Positions 53,517-63,690 of a DNA stretch of 64,000 nt are shown here, in pieces. The translations under genes and the position numbers were made by a program. The notes under the pieces were generated by a model. That model did not search any database. It had not been told where the DNA came from and saw nothing but the letters and a program-made list of their open reading frames with translations. How positions within the stretch are numbered: the first letter of the stretch is position 1; each line of letters starts with the position of its first letter. Origin of the DNA: a virus; the IMG/VR virus record IMGVR_UViG_3300021387_000118, positions 77,168 to 141,167 of that record; one strand, written 5' to 3'.

Positions 53517-53783
53517 ATGAAAACATATTCATTAATCAATTACTTTGATGTCTGGGGCAACAAAAAAGATGGTTATGAAATAAATAACCAGTGTGTTGAG
53601 TTTGATGATTTGGTGATTGCAGATGATGCAACACCAAAGGAAATCTGCGCATACCTCAAGTCTATTAAGATGCTTGCAACTGATGATATGCGTAAGCTTG
53701 ATGTTATTGATTGGGGTAGCTTGATTGAGATTTATGAACGGAAATCTGGTAAGCCCCTGTTTGGTCTATATGTGAATTGTTAA
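53517..53783 (+). CDS. hypothetical protein
   Basis: AAAGGGTGG as SD. Confidence 0.45.
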   Translation: MKTYSLINYFDVWGNKKDGYEINNQCVEFDDLVIADDATPKEICAYLKSIKMLATDDMRKLDVIDWGSLIEIYERKSGKPLFGLYVNC

Positions 53784-53802
53784 AGAAAGGAAATTGATAA
53801 CT

Positions 53803-54102
53803 ATGACAAGAGAATATATCATATATATGGCACCTGTAAGCATTGATTACACATTCATGCCGTTCGACTTTGCCATGAAACATAACTGGAGCATGGCAGA
53901 TTATGTTCCTGTATGGAGAGGAACAATCGAAAGCGAAACCGTTAATGGTGCGCTTGAAGAGTTATTCCGTATATTTAACGTAGATCGTCCCGCTGAGTAT
54001 TGCGGAAGATCTCTGAGTATGAGCGATGTGGTACTTCTTGACAAGAAACCATATTACTGTGATCGTTTTGGTTGGAGTGAATGTCCTAGTGAGAGGAGGT
54101 AA
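53803..54102 (+). CDS. hypothetical protein
   Basis: AAAGGAAA as SD. Confidence 0.45.
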   Translation: MTREYIIYMAPVSIDYTFMPFDFAMKHNWSMADYVPVWRGTIESETVNGALEELFRIFNVDRPAEYCGRSLSMSDVVLLDKKPYYCDRFGWSECPSERR

Positions 54103-54107
54103 CCGTA

Positions 54108-54250
54108 TGAGTTACGAAAGACTACTAGAAATCGCCACAACGGCGATGTCATATCTTGCAGACAATGATATGCTCGATGATTTCCTTGAAGATCGTTATA
54201 TTGATTTGGACGATTCAGAAAGGGAATTCTTTTTCCCGGAGGAGGAATAA
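54108..54250 (+). CDS. highly acidic 47-aa protein (DNA-mimic candidate)
   Basis: GAGGAGG as SD. About 40% D/E. Confidence 0.35.
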
Positions 54251-54541
54251 ATGGAAAGAGAAACAGAAAACAAAAAAATTGTAGATGCAATACAATTCTT
54301 TACACACGGAAAGTTCCGTGAAAGGAAACCGTATCTTGCAGAACTACGGACTCCACAAGGAACGTCATATGATGGATTCGTATTTCAAAAAGAATTGTAC
54401 TGTTGGGTTGTTTGGAAACCAACAGATATGGATGCATGTCCACAATTTAAGGGAGAGCCGTTATATAAGGCGATCCCATGTAATGTTCCGGTTAAGAATA
54501 TTCCAAAAATTCTGGATGCACAACCGTGGACATATGTATGA
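54251..54541 (+). CDS. hypothetical protein
   Basis: GGAGGAGG as SD. Confidence 0.45.
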   Translation: MERETENKKIVDAIQFFTHGKFRERKPYLAELRTPQGTSYDGFVFQKELYCWVVWKPTDMDACPQFKGEPLYKAIPCNVPVKNIPKILDAQPWTYV

Positions 54542-54558
54542 CGAAAGTGAGGTAAACT

Positions 54559-55113
54559 ATGTGGGAACTCCGCTCTAAAGACCAGTTTGGTAGGCTGGCG
54601 CAAGTCCAAAAGGAAAGCTGTTTCACCAAACAGCCCGTGTACGATAACATTGATCCTAACGAGATCACATGTGGCTGCAACACGGCAAATCTTAAAGTGG
54701 AATACACCGTGGAATGGCTTCCCGAACGGAACTTCGATGCTTTTGAAAAGGCACAGCTTGCCGGATCGGAGATCAATCCGTGGGAATTGAATAATGAATA
54801 TCTCACGGATTCCCTGGGTCTGGCAATCCGAATGATGATGCTCCGCGAGTTAGACGATAAATCTGGCAAACCTCAGTTATACACATATATTAAAGCCCCG
54901 AACGGAAAGTGTGCTGAGGCTTGCACAGAAATCCCGTCCGACACTGTGCCGATGCTCCGCAACATGGTACAGGACGGTATCAATCGCAAACTGGATAATC
55001 TCCAGAGAACGATTGATGAGATGGGAAAAGAACTGGAACTGTATAAATCATTTATTAATAAGGCAAACGCAAATAAGTTGTTTGATGAATTTAGAAAGGA
55101 GAACATGGAATGA
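54559..55113 (+). CDS. hypothetical protein
   Basis: 184 aa. Confidence 0.5.
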   Translation: MWELRSKDQFGRLAQVQKESCFTKQPVYDNIDPNEITCGCNTANLKVEYTVEWLPERNFDAFEKAQLAGSEINPWELNNEYLTDSLGLAIRMMMLRELDDKSGKPQLYTYIKAPNGKCAEACTEIPSDTVPMLRNMVQDGINRKLDNLQRTIDEMGKELELYKSFINKANANKLFDEFRKENME

Positions 55114-55499
55114 GCCTTAATTGGGATTTTAACAAGAAAGTTGGAGAAGTTGTTTTCACGCAGAATTTCGATGGCAAGGAGCGTAGTTATACAAGCAACC
55201 TTTATAACGGAAACGCTTGTCTGATCATGATATATGAATATCACGATAATAATGACGGCAAAGACAAGTATCAGCTGACTGGATTTTTCGCCGACAAAGT
55301 TCACATGAAGCGTTGTCTCGGAATTGACAAACGCTATAAGTCAACACTCGGCAAGAACATGTATGCAGATCCTGATAGTTATGAACGCCTTACAAAGATC
55401 CGGCTCAATAAGGCAAAATGCCGTGACTGTAAGGATATTGTGATGGCGTTCTATGAAGCATTTGATGATGTAACTATTGAATTGTATACGGAGGAGTAA
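55110..55499 (+). CDS. hypothetical protein
   Basis: AAAGGAGA as SD. Confidence 0.45.
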   Translation: MSLNWDFNKKVGEVVFTQNFDGKERSYTSNLYNGNACLIMIYEYHDNNDGKDKYQLTGFFADKVHMKRCLGIDKRYKSTLGKNMYADPDSYERLTKIRLNKAKCRDCKDIVMAFYEAFDDVTIELYTEE

Positions 55500-55501
55500 T
55501 C

Positions 55502-55873
55502 ATGGATAAATACTACAATGTTGACACTGGAGAGATTTGGACAGAGGAAGAAATCCGTGAAGAGTTCAATGCTCTGAAGAGAAACGGAGAACTTGAGGAT
55601 TTCTATGAGGATGATTTTGAGTATTACCTCAAGAATTGCCAGTTAGAAAACAACGGAAGTCTTGAAAAAATCGCGCCAGACTGGATGATCAATCGGCTAC
55701 AAAGGCAAGTAGCCGAAGATATAGCAACCGCCGATATGCCATATGGTGACGTTCTGGAAGTAATTCAGAAGTACAACTGGTTTGGCAACTGGTCAACTTG
55801 GGAGATTAATAATCGTCCCGTGGATGTTGATGAACTAACGGAAATGGTTGAGGAGGAACTGGGGAGGCGATAA
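55502..55873 (+). CDS. hypothetical protein
   Basis: GGAGGAG as SD. Confidence 0.45.
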   Translation: MDKYYNVDTGEIWTEEEIREEFNALKRNGELEDFYEDDFEYYLKNCQLENNGSLEKIAPDWMINRLQRQVAEDIATADMPYGDVLEVIQKYNWFGNWSTWEINNRPVDVDELTEMVEEELGRR

Positions 55874-55943
55874 TTATGATGGCCCTGTTAATGATTGCAG
55901 TAATACTTGTATCAGTAGTAGAGATTGCATAAGGAGGCAAAAG

Positions 55944-56315
55944 ATGAAGGTATATTACGAAGAGAAATACGGTGGTGTATACGATGTTTCTGATGAGATC
56001 GCAGATAATGATGAAAAATTAACTGATGATCTTATTGAACAGTTTAGTATTCACAATGATTGTCAGGGTAGTACAACAGTGCGACTGATTAGCAACGGAG
56101 ATCCGCAGTACCAGATCATGGGCGGGTTGATTGATGCTCTTGATGATAAAGAAAAAGAATTTTATCTCTGGCATCTTCTGAGATTTTATTACAAACGGAA
56201 ACTCCTGGAAGATAAAAAGAAATATGAAAATGATCGTAGCACGAGACTACAGATTGATCGGATTCTCCGTAACGTAGAGGAACTGGACACACTTCTCTGC
56301 TACGAAATCTTCTGA
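55944..56315 (+). CDS. hypothetical protein
   Basis: AAGGAGG as SD. Confidence 0.45.
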   Translation: MKVYYEEKYGGVYDVSDEIADNDEKLTDDLIEQFSIHNDCQGSTTVRLISNGDPQYQIMGGLIDALDDKEKEFYLWHLLRFYYKRKLLEDKKKYENDRSTRLQIDRILRNVEELDTLLCYEIF

Positions 56316-56399
56316 GATCATGATTAGATTATGCCATCAAGGGAACTTGGTGGCATAGATGTAACCATGAGGAAAAATGATAACGAAAGGAGATTACAC

Positions 56400-56594
56400 A
56401 TGGAATGTAAAGGTTGTGGGTACTTTTGGTACGACGAAGCGGAGGGCTTTGAAATGTGCCACTATCCCGAAGATGAACCGCATGAATGGTCACCTTGCGA
56501 GGCACAGGAAGAGGCAGATCGCATAGCAAGGGAAAAAGCCGAGTGGGAAGACGAAATAAGACAGATTATGGAGGAATACGCAGATGAAGATTAA
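56400..56594 (+). CDS. small zinc-ribbon-like protein
   Basis: CKGCGYF..CHYPEDEPHEWSPC motif. AAAGGAGA as SD. Confidence 0.4.
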   Translation: MECKGCGYFWYDEAEGFEMCHYPEDEPHEWSPCEAQEEADRIAREKAEWEDEIRQIMEEYADED

Positions 56595-56826
56595 GGCAAC
56601 GATCAAATATAAGGTAGACGGAAACCATCCTGACATTCAGTATATTGATAGTAGTCTTTGGTATGATAAGACATTTACTTACGGGGATACATATAGTTTT
56701 GACAACAATGAATGGACATATGAAAAAGCTATCCTTTATATGGAAAAGGATTTGAAACTGGTTGCTGGCGGTGGTTATAATTACGCTCATATATATGATG
56801 TGAGTTTTGATTTTAAGGAGGTTTAA
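56584..56826 (+). CDS. hypothetical protein
   Basis: 80 aa. Confidence 0.45.
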   Translation: MKIKATIKYKVDGNHPDIQYIDSSLWYDKTFTYGDTYSFDNNEWTYEKAILYMEKDLKLVAGGGYNYAHIYDVSFDFKEV

Positions 56827-56828
56827 TC

Positions 56829-56978
56829 GTGTGGAGAATTGTATTTGACTACGGAAATCGCCGTGAATATATAACGGTAAAATCATCAAAATGGGCTGCT
56901 GATTTAATCGCTAATGAATATAGGTTTAAAGCGAATTTGATTGGTAGCAAAATAAATATTTATGTTGAAGAGATTTAA
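56829..56978 (+). CDS. hypothetical protein (GTG start, 49 aa)
   Basis: AGGAGG as SD. Confidence 0.3.
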   Translation: MWRIVFDYGNRREYITVKSSKWAADLIANEYRFKANLIGSKINIYVEEI

Positions 56979-56988
56979 GGAGGTGTGT

Positions 56989-57249
56989 ATGGCAAATTAC
57001 AAATTGAGGAACAGAGATCTGTATGTAGGAAAGGAAATCAGGGCGAAATTTGCGACTAACCCTGATGAATCAATCTTTGGCGGTGTATATCTTCCGCTGA
57101 AGATAGTCGCTGAGTATCCGAAGTGGTGGCTGACAGAAGTTCTTCCGCACCGCAATGAAAAGAGTTGTTATGGTCTTAGTAAACCATACCGCATGACAAT
57201 TCGCAAATGGGACGTTGAATGCGGTGATGTAACAGTAAAGGAAATGTAA
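56989..57249 (+). CDS. hypothetical protein
   Basis: AAGGAGGTG as SD. Confidence 0.45.
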   Translation: MANYKLRNRDLYVGKEIRAKFATNPDESIFGGVYLPLKIVAEYPKWWLTEVLPHRNEKSCYGLSKPYRMTIRKWDVECGDVTVKEM

Positions 57250-57377
57250 TGGCAGATATTGATATTATTAAAGAACTTCGAAAGGAGTTCGGTGAAAAGT
57301 TGGCAAACAAAATTATAATATTAATGACTCTCGGTTATTCTGTTGATGACGCAATTCAAACTGCGCTAGAAAGGTAG
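57249..57377 (+). CDS. hypothetical protein (42 aa), TAG stop
   Basis: Ends in TAG, consistent with standard code in the early arm. Confidence 0.3.
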   Translation: MADIDIIKELRKEFGEKLANKIIILMTLGYSVDDAIQTALER

Positions 57378-57385
57378 GCGAAAAA

Positions 57386-57754
57386 ATGAGCATTATAACA
57401 CAGTATTTCCACATTAAAGGCAAACCCGATAACACAATTCGTGATCAGAATGTTACCGACAACTACATTATGGCAGATCTTGATTATGTGAAAGGTCGTG
57501 GCTACGCATGGTCAATTCGCCCCATCGGTCAGTATACTGCGGGAGATGATAAATACGGTTATTATCTTATGAACAGATTGACCGTGTACATCCTCAAAGA
57601 TAACGAGGAAATCTACAAAGAAATCCTCGTTCCTTGTTCCCGCCGTGGCAAAGCAAAGGAACGTGAAGCAATAGAATTTTTTGATAGCAACGTTGTAAGC
57701 GCGATTATTCACCGTCTTGGATATGACGTGGATCTGGAAGGAGTTGATATTTAA
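57386..57754 (+). CDS. hypothetical protein
   Basis: 122 aa. Confidence 0.45.
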   Translation: MSIITQYFHIKGKPDNTIRDQNVTDNYIMADLDYVKGRGYAWSIRPIGQYTAGDDKYGYYLMNRLTVYILKDNEEIYKEILVPCSRRGKAKEREAIEFFDSNVVSAIIHRLGYDVDLEGVDI

Positions 57755-58173
57755 TGAAATACGGCAGACCTAATCCTTACGTCCCCCTCGAAATTGATTA
57801 TTACATCAGGAGTTGTCTGGTAAAAGAAGGTAAATATAAAGGCGAGCTAAAGCGCAAGCTAGACGAAAGGATCGTCGAGAATAAACGCAAATACCGAGCG
57901 GAACTTCGCCGACGCAATGGAAAGAAATATCTGTATAACAACTACGGCGAAATCGTCAATGGTGGCGGTGATTATGACGGTTGTTGGCAGAAGATCTTCT
58001 TCCCCGGAGAATGTTGGACGGAAGAAGAGAAAAAGGAATTTATAGAGGAGAACTGGACTCATTACAAATGGAGTCCGTATGATTGCACAGGACAGATATT
58101 TACCTGGGCAATAGATGTGTTTAACGTTCCATCTGGTGTGGTTGCTTACATCAGAGAAGCAATGGACGTGTAA
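57754..58173 (+). CDS. hypothetical protein (basic N-terminus)
   Basis: 139 aa. Confidence 0.45.
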   Translation: MKYGRPNPYVPLEIDYYIRSCLVKEGKYKGELKRKLDERIVENKRKYRAELRRRNGKKYLYNNYGEIVNGGGDYDGCWQKIFFPGECWTEEEKKEFIEENWTHYKWSPYDCTGQIFTWAIDVFNVPSGVVAYIREAMDV

Positions 58174-58226
58174 GAAAATGGTATTAGTACATTGAAAATT
58201 TAATAACAGAAAGGAAGTAGTTCATT

Positions 58227-59027
58227 ATGAGCAGATTTATTCAGGGTGTAACTAATTATGAGGATTGGCGTGATCACGCCAAAGATAGTAAGAAATATCT
58301 GGAACGCATGGCACTGATAAGCGAACTGCTTCCAAGAAAAGACAACCTTACTGTAATTGACCAGTATAGATTGGCTAATGCACTTGCAGTGTCGGAGCTT
58401 ACAGGTAAGCTGGAAGATTTCTGGGCAATCAGCACTTCTGTTCTTATGAATCCGATCTGTCAAGCGAGAGCAAAGTGCGAGGGTTGCATCTGCAAAGACT
58501 GTTATGCGGCAGAGGGTGCGTCAAGATTTTCCGGTCTTTCACAGGCACTGGAAACAAATTATCTCATTCTCAACAATTTCCTGTTGGAAGAAGAAGTTCT
58601 GGCAACCGTAGCAATTCCATCAACAAACGGAAAAGCAAGAATCGAATCGCATGGAGATGCTGCGACAGAGATTTGCGCAATCAATCATAAACGAATTATT
58701 AATAGTCATCGGCATTTATTCTTTGCTTTATTCTCTAAGAATTTGAATCTATACAAACCTGTTTTTGAAACAGAGGGAAAACCAGACAATATGAATTTCG
58801 TTGCTTCTTCTCCGATTGTGAATGAGGTAATGGAAATTCCCGACGATTACAAGTGGTTCGTTGATAAGGTATTTACTGTTTACGAGACTGAGTTCGCGAA
58901 AGCAAACAACATCCAGATTAATTGCGGAACATGGAACGCAAAGGATCTGGATCATAGGTGTAAGCTGTGCATGAGGTGCTATGACAAGCACAACACAGAC
59001 TTCTACATTAACGAACTTAAAAAGTAA
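58227..59027 (+). CDS. hypothetical protein (Cys-rich, 266 aa)
   Basis: AGGAAG as SD. Confidence 0.5.
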   Translation: MSRFIQGVTNYEDWRDHAKDSKKYLERMALISELLPRKDNLTVIDQYRLANALAVSELTGKLEDFWAISTSVLMNPICQARAKCEGCICKDCYAAEGASRFSGLSQALETNYLILNNFLLEEEVLATVAIPSTNGKARIESHGDAATEICAINHKRIINSHRHLFFALFSKNLNLYKPVFETEGKPDNMNFVASSPIVNEVMEIPDDYKWFVDKVFTVYETEFAKANNIQINCGTWNAKDLDHRCKLCMRCYDKHNTDFYINELKK

Positions 59028-59051
59028 AATATTAAAGAAAGGAGAATAAAC

Positions 59052-59231
59052 ATGTCACCCGTGGAAATGTTCAATGCGGTAACTGAGAAAGGCAGTTACA
59101 TCGTTGGATACTTATTTGATGGCTGGACGAGGGAAATGAGTATCATTGCTCGTTCCCCGTCTGAGGCAATGATGACCGTGCAGAACATACTAGGCAGTAT
59201 TTGTAATGTAACCTTTGTGGAAAGGAGATGA
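59052..59231 (+). CDS. hypothetical protein (59 aa)
   Basis: AAAGGAGA as SD. Confidence 0.35.
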   Translation: MSPVEMFNAVTEKGSYIVGYLFDGWTREMSIIARSPSEAMMTVQNILGSICNVTFVERR

Positions 59232-59235
59232 TGCT

Positions 59236-59421
59236 ATGAAATTGACAACACCAAGCAAAAAGGAAGATATCCTTAACGCGATCTACACGCTTTATAAGGA
59301 TGTTGATAAGGACTTCGCGTCAAACCCAAACGACAGATATAATTATGGCAGATACACAGCCATGTTGGATCTGCTCCAGATGGTGAAGATATATGATAAG
59401 GAGGATAACAATGCAGATTAA
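59236..59421 (+). CDS. hypothetical protein
   Basis: AAAGGAGA as SD. Confidence 0.4.
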   Translation: MKLTTPSKKEDILNAIYTLYKDVDKDFASNPNDRYNYGRYTAMLDLLQMVKIYDKEDNNAD

Positions 59422-59800
59422 TAAAATTCGTTATAAAGGCATGATTGATTTTGATTACTTCGAGATCTGGCTGAGAACGGAAAGAGAAGGTGATTTCGTC
59501 AGCATTTTTGATCACGAGAATTTTGAGCTTGAAGGTAAACTTGAAGACCGGGCATCATGCGTTAGCACACAGATTTGCCCATGGTGCGTAAAGAAATATG
59601 GCCTATACTCCGAAGTGGAACGTACACCCGAAAGCATTGATGAAGAAATTGAGTTTTATAAGGACGAAAATCCTGAGTCGCTTGATTTCAAATGTGGGGT
59701 TGATGGTTGCAACAATGGAGCCGCAGATTATGTAGATATTAACTGGAAAGATAATTCAGGTAAAGATAACTTTGAGATTATTAAAAAGAAAGGAGATTAA
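59411..59800 (+). CDS. hypothetical protein (Cys-containing)
   Basis: AAGGAGG as SD. Confidence 0.45.
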   Translation: MQINKIRYKGMIDFDYFEIWLRTEREGDFVSIFDHENFELEGKLEDRASCVSTQICPWCVKKYGLYSEVERTPESIDEEIEFYKDENPESLDFKCGVDGCNNGAADYVDINWKDNSGKDNFEIIKKKGD

Positions 59801-59801
59801 T

Positions 59802-59966
59802 ATGACAAAAGATCAGCTTATTAAAAAATATATGAATATTGAATGGTGTTTTCAGGATTTCTTTTATGCATATTGTGAAGCGAGAGGGATTGATGATCCT
59901 GAAGCGATTGAAAGTGATGAAGTATATGAACGTCTTAAAAAGAATGTGAGGAAAAGATTACAATAG
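59802..59966 (+). CDS. hypothetical protein (54 aa)
   Basis: AAAGGAGA as SD. Confidence 0.35.
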   Translation: MTKDQLIKKYMNIEWCFQDFFYAYCEARGIDDPEAIESDEVYERLKKNVRKRLQ

Positions 59967-60052
59967 AACTTTTGAGAGGATTAAGGGATGTGATTACTCA
60001 GGATATTAATGAGAGAATATCATATTTGATGGACTAAAAAAGGAGGTTAACA

Positions 60053-60301
60053 ATGAAAAAATGCGGTAACTGCAAATACAGAGCATACTCCAGTTGGGGT
60101 TGTATTGATTATTGCCTTGACTATGAAATGTCAACAACGGAAGCCGAGGAAATTGCAGCGGCAAAAGATTGTCTCAGGTACGAAGAAGGGGAACCCGATT
60201 GTTTCGAGGATGATTATTATTGTCCGTCATCAACTGGAGGTGATTATTCACCAAGTAACCCGTGGGATGCACCAGGAATGAGCATACGAGATTTTATATA
60301 A
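60053..60301 (+). CDS. Cys-rich small protein
   Basis: CGNCKY...C..YC motif. AAAGGAGG as SD. Confidence 0.45.
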   Translation: MKKCGNCKYRAYSSWGCIDYCLDYEMSTTEAEEIAAAKDCLRYEEGEPDCFEDDYYCPSSTGGDYSPSNPWDAPGMSIRDFI

Positions 60302-60315
60302 GGATGGTGATGCAA

Positions 60316-60696
60316 ATGACATTATACGATTTTCTTATGGAAAATGATAATTGGTATGATTCTTATGATGATGTATATGATGTATCAGTAACCGTAGGTC
60401 CTTGTTCAAATCCTAAAGATGATTACGACGAGTTCTGCGTGGATCTCGCAAAGAAAATCGAAGTAAAAGAAATTAATTCTAACGGAGATCCAATCTGTGG
60501 ATGGTCAGATTATATCAAACGGAATTTGAAAACATTCCGAAAATTCGCCAATGAAAATTGGATTAAGAATAACTACGAAGACGAAGATGATTTTATATGT
60601 GAATGGATAGAAGAACTTCATAGATTCCTCGCTGGGTATGGAGCAGATGATCAGTATTGGTTCTATAAACAGGAACTTGTTGATAATTGCAAATAA
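60316..60696 (+). CDS. acidic hypothetical protein
   Basis: AAGGATGG as SD. Confidence 0.45.
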   Translation: MTLYDFLMENDNWYDSYDDVYDVSVTVGPCSNPKDDYDEFCVDLAKKIEVKEINSNGDPICGWSDYIKRNLKTFRKFANENWIKNNYEDEDDFICEWIEELHRFLAGYGADDQYWFYKQELVDNCK

Positions 60697-60715
60697 TGAA
60701 AGGAATTTGGCAATC

Positions 60716-60907
60716 ATGGTTATTGTTGGTAGACATGTAAACGGAATTACTATTAACCCGCTTGAATATGTTCTTGACGAAGACGGTGATGTAATGGAAT
60801 TCAACACAAAAAAAGAAGCTGTTGAATTTCTTATGGATAATGGGATAACAGACGAAGAAATCCAATATCTTGTATTTAAGGAAGTGCAGAAATGTGATAG
60901 ATTATGA
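60716..60907 (+). CDS. hypothetical protein (63 aa)
   Basis: AAAGGAAT as SD. Confidence 0.35.
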   Translation: MVIVGRHVNGITINPLEYVLDEDGDVMEFNTKKEAVEFLMDNGITDEEIQYLVFKEVQKCDRL

Positions 60908-60929
60908 TGTTTATGTGAGCGGATTTTAA

Positions 60930-61217
60930 ATGGGAGAACGGATAACGAAAAAAATAAATTATTATGTGATTGGCGGTCAATATGACGATTTGAACTATGG
61001 TGGAACGGAAACCATTCTTGGAGCAAAACGTCTCGCTACTAAATGTACGGAGCATTGGGATAATTTCCAGGGATGGCACAAGCCGAGAGTTTTCAAAGCA
61101 GAAGATTGCGTATTAGGTAGAAGCTACTTTGGGACAAATTTGTATCCAAAAGCAAATGCGGTTCCGGTAGCGAGTTGGAATGAGTATACAAAGAAGTGGG
61201 AACATGATTGTTATTAA
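60930..61217 (+). CDS. hypothetical protein
   Basis: 95 aa. Confidence 0.45.
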   Translation: MGERITKKINYYVIGGQYDDLNYGGTETILGAKRLATKCTEHWDNFQGWHKPRVFKAEDCVLGRSYFGTNLYPKANAVPVASWNEYTKKWEHDCY

Positions 61218-61286
61218 TGAAACAACGATTTCATAGGGAAATATAATACAAGATATTGTGGTTTATAATGAAAGGAGATACAAAAT

Positions 61287-61826
61287 ATGGTAAACAAAAT
61301 CATGAACATTACAGAGAAAGATCCCATGTACAATGAACTGGTAAACGAAGTGAGTAACGCAACTGATGACGCGCTTGTTATTGTTGCCAGAAGCTATAAG
61401 AACCGCAAGGATAGTAGAGTAAAACCGATTGCCGTCAAGAACGGAATTTATTTCTATGTTGCCTACGATCTGAATGGAAAGACTGCTTTCCTTGGGAACG
61501 TAACTCCAGAACAGATTTATAAGGCAAAAGCGAATATGGTGAAGAGAGTGAAACTCGGCAACATGGATATGATGACGATTGCAGCATTGGATTGTAACAT
61601 GTACGGAGCTGGTCTTCTGTACTGCGGAGAATTCCTGAAAGCAATGGAACAGAAAATTGGAACATATTACATTCTGCCGTCTTCGATCCATGAGTTGATT
61701 TTTGTTCCGACATATATAGGAACAAAGGATGATCTTGAGATGATGGTAAGAGAAATCAATGCTTCTGAAGTTTCGGGAAATGACTATCTCGCAGATAACG
61801 TTTTTGAAATTGATGAATGGATTTAA
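61287..61826 (+). CDS. hypothetical protein
   Basis: 179 aa with AAAGGAGA as SD. Confidence 0.5.
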   Translation: MVNKIMNITEKDPMYNELVNEVSNATDDALVIVARSYKNRKDSRVKPIAVKNGIYFYVAYDLNGKTAFLGNVTPEQIYKAKANMVKRVKLGNMDMMTIAALDCNMYGAGLLYCGEFLKAMEQKIGTYYILPSSIHELIFVPTYIGTKDDLEMMVREINASEVSGNDYLADNVFEIDEWI

Positions 61827-61897
61827 TATGAAACGGTTATTTCATGAGTAGTATAGACACAATATATAGTGTTCAAATAGAAAAGGAGATACAAGAT

Positions 61898-62170
61898 ATG
61901 GGTAAAGAGTTATTTGTAGTAGTGGTTTTCCAGAGTTTCGATGCAGATACACCAACTTATCTTTTTGATGATGAAGACAAAGCAAATGAATTTGCAAAAG
62001 AGTTGTGGCTTGATGCTTACAAAACCGAAGAAAAGGAAAGTGCGCATGGCGTAGATCCTGAAAGAAGTTATTGGGACGATGAAGAAAACGAAGGCGAAAT
62101 TTATTGGAACTGGGACGATCAGGATTACATTAGATTTTTTGTAACTCAGGTAACTGATAAGCGAATCTGA
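61898..62170 (+). CDS. acidic hypothetical protein
   Basis: AAAAGGAGA as SD. Confidence 0.45.
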   Translation: MGKELFVVVVFQSFDADTPTYLFDDEDKANEFAKELWLDAYKTEEKESAHGVDPERSYWDDEENEGEIYWNWDDQDYIRFFVTQVTDKRI

Positions 62171-62200
62171 TAAAAGATAGGTTTGAAGGGAGATGATTAT

Positions 62201-62437
62201 GTGTTGGGGAATATCGTAACAATCATTATTGACAATCCTTATGGGGTTGAAGAAAAATGGAGTATTAAAAACGAAACCGGCGTGATTGTTGATTTCGACG
62301 AAAGAACCAAACAGTATCAGATTGCAACTGGTAATTATAAGTCTGACGGTTATTGGTTTACAGAAAATGAATTTAGACCAGCCACGGACGATGAATGCAG
62401 AACGACATTACATTCTTTAATAATGAAAGGGAGATAA
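62201..62437 (+). CDS. hypothetical protein (GTG start)
   Basis: GAAGGGAGA as SD. Confidence 0.35.
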   Translation: MLGNIVTIIIDNPYGVEEKWSIKNETGVIVDFDERTKQYQIATGNYKSDGYWFTENEFRPATDDECRTTLHSLIMKGR

Positions 62438-62439
62438 AA

Positions 62440-62568
62440 CATGGTAATTGAACCCAACAAAGACGGAACATATACACTTAGATGCGCTAATGGATACACA
62501 TTCACTGGAACATATCAGGAATGCCAGCGTAAGGTAACTGAAATTCTTGATGGAGCAAGGAGGTGATT
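62440..62568 (+). CDS. hypothetical protein (42 aa)
   Basis: AAAGGGAGA as SD. Confidence 0.3.
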
Positions 62569-62571
62569 GAA

Positions 62572-62733
62572 GTGAAGCCGATTAGAGAGTACCAAGAAGT
62601 AATGCAGAAATTATATAAAGCTGCTATGAAATATCCCGATGAAAAACTTGCAAAAGCCATTGGGGATGTAAGGGATCTGGTTGTGGAATATAAAAACATC
62701 ATTGATTCTTATAGGGGGAAGAATAATGGATAA
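62572..62733 (+). CDS. hypothetical protein (GTG start, 53 aa)
   Basis: AGGAGGTG as SD. Confidence 0.3.
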   Translation: MKPIREYQEVMQKLYKAAMKYPDEKLAKAIGDVRDLVVEYKNIIDSYRGKNNG

Positions 62734-62905
62734 AAACATTACGCTTACTGACGATGAAAGAAAAATCGTTACTAAAGCTTTGATGGATCTCGTAAATAAA
62801 ATTGCGGATAGTAAACGAAACATGAATTGTTTCCCATCGGCAGAGAAAGAGTTGTCAGAAGCGTTTAGAATGGTTGATAATCTTATAGATAAATTTAATA
62901 TGTGA
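62726..62905 (+). CDS. hypothetical protein (59 aa)
   Basis: GGGGGAAG as SD. Confidence 0.35.
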   Translation: MDKNITLTDDERKIVTKALMDLVNKIADSKRNMNCFPSAEKELSEAFRMVDNLIDKFNM

Positions 62906-62925
62906 AATATAAAGGAAATGATGAT

Positions 62926-63147
62926 ATGGAAGAAATTATTCAGCAATGGGAAAAGGAAGCACTTGGGCTTAGAAATGTTTATAAAGACACAACAGTATTT
63001 CATATAGATGGGAATAAATTATATCTGATTACTAAGTATCCTGGTTTGTTTATTGGTTATCACGGAAGATTGGTTTATAAATACGAAGAGAAACTTGGTA
63101 TGGATGTGGAGATGATTGAGTTACGTGATGGTATAACACGGTTTTGA
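62926..63147 (+). CDS. hypothetical protein
   Basis: AAAGGAAA as SD. Confidence 0.4.
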   Translation: MEEIIQQWEKEALGLRNVYKDTTVFHIDGNKLYLITKYPGLFIGYHGRLVYKYEEKLGMDVEMIELRDGITRF

Positions 63148-63164
63148 TGAAGGGAGGAAACACT

Positions 63165-63440
63165 ATGGCAGTAACTCGTACATGGAAGGTATATGGTGTC
63201 GATGGTCATAGACAGCGCGAAAGTTTTTGTCGATCAGCCAAATGGGATTGGTCAAATAAGGCAGATGGCGTTAGAATTTTTGAAATAGAAAATTTCGACA
63301 AGACTGGCACTCATGATTACTCACTTGTTCGCATCACCCGTAATACTTGGGAAGAGTGTGACGAGGAAATGGAAGGTCAGATAACTGATGGGTGTTTTGA
63401 GAACTCAAGAGTTGGTAAAGTAGTTGAGATTTTTGAATAG
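63165..63440 (+). CDS. hypothetical protein
   Basis: AAGGGAGG as SD. Confidence 0.45.
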   Translation: MAVTRTWKVYGVDGHRQRESFCRSAKWDWSNKADGVRIFEIENFDKTGTHDYSLVRITRNTWEECDEEMEGQITDGCFENSRVGKVVEIFE

Positions 63441-63462
63441 GATTAAGAAAGGAGACGGTAAT

Positions 63463-63675
63463 ATGAAGAACAACACCGTATGGAATTTCGCAAAGCATTG
63501 TATGTCTGATCCTGAATTCCTGAGAGGTGGCATCCCCACAAAGGAAAAAATGTACTTCAAGAAACTCGGATGGAAGGAGGGTGATGAGAACTCTTGTAAG
63601 TTTTACGAAGCAATGTTTACTTTGTTAAATCTTGATGCAACCGTAAATGGATTTGAAATTAATCCTATGTTATAA
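63463..63675 (+). CDS. hypothetical protein
   Basis: AAAGGAGA as SD. Confidence 0.45.
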   Translation: MKNNTVWNFAKHCMSDPEFLRGGIPTKEKMYFKKLGWKEGDENSCKFYEAMFTLLNLDATVNGFEINPML

Positions 63676-63690
63676 GAAAGGAATTTAATT

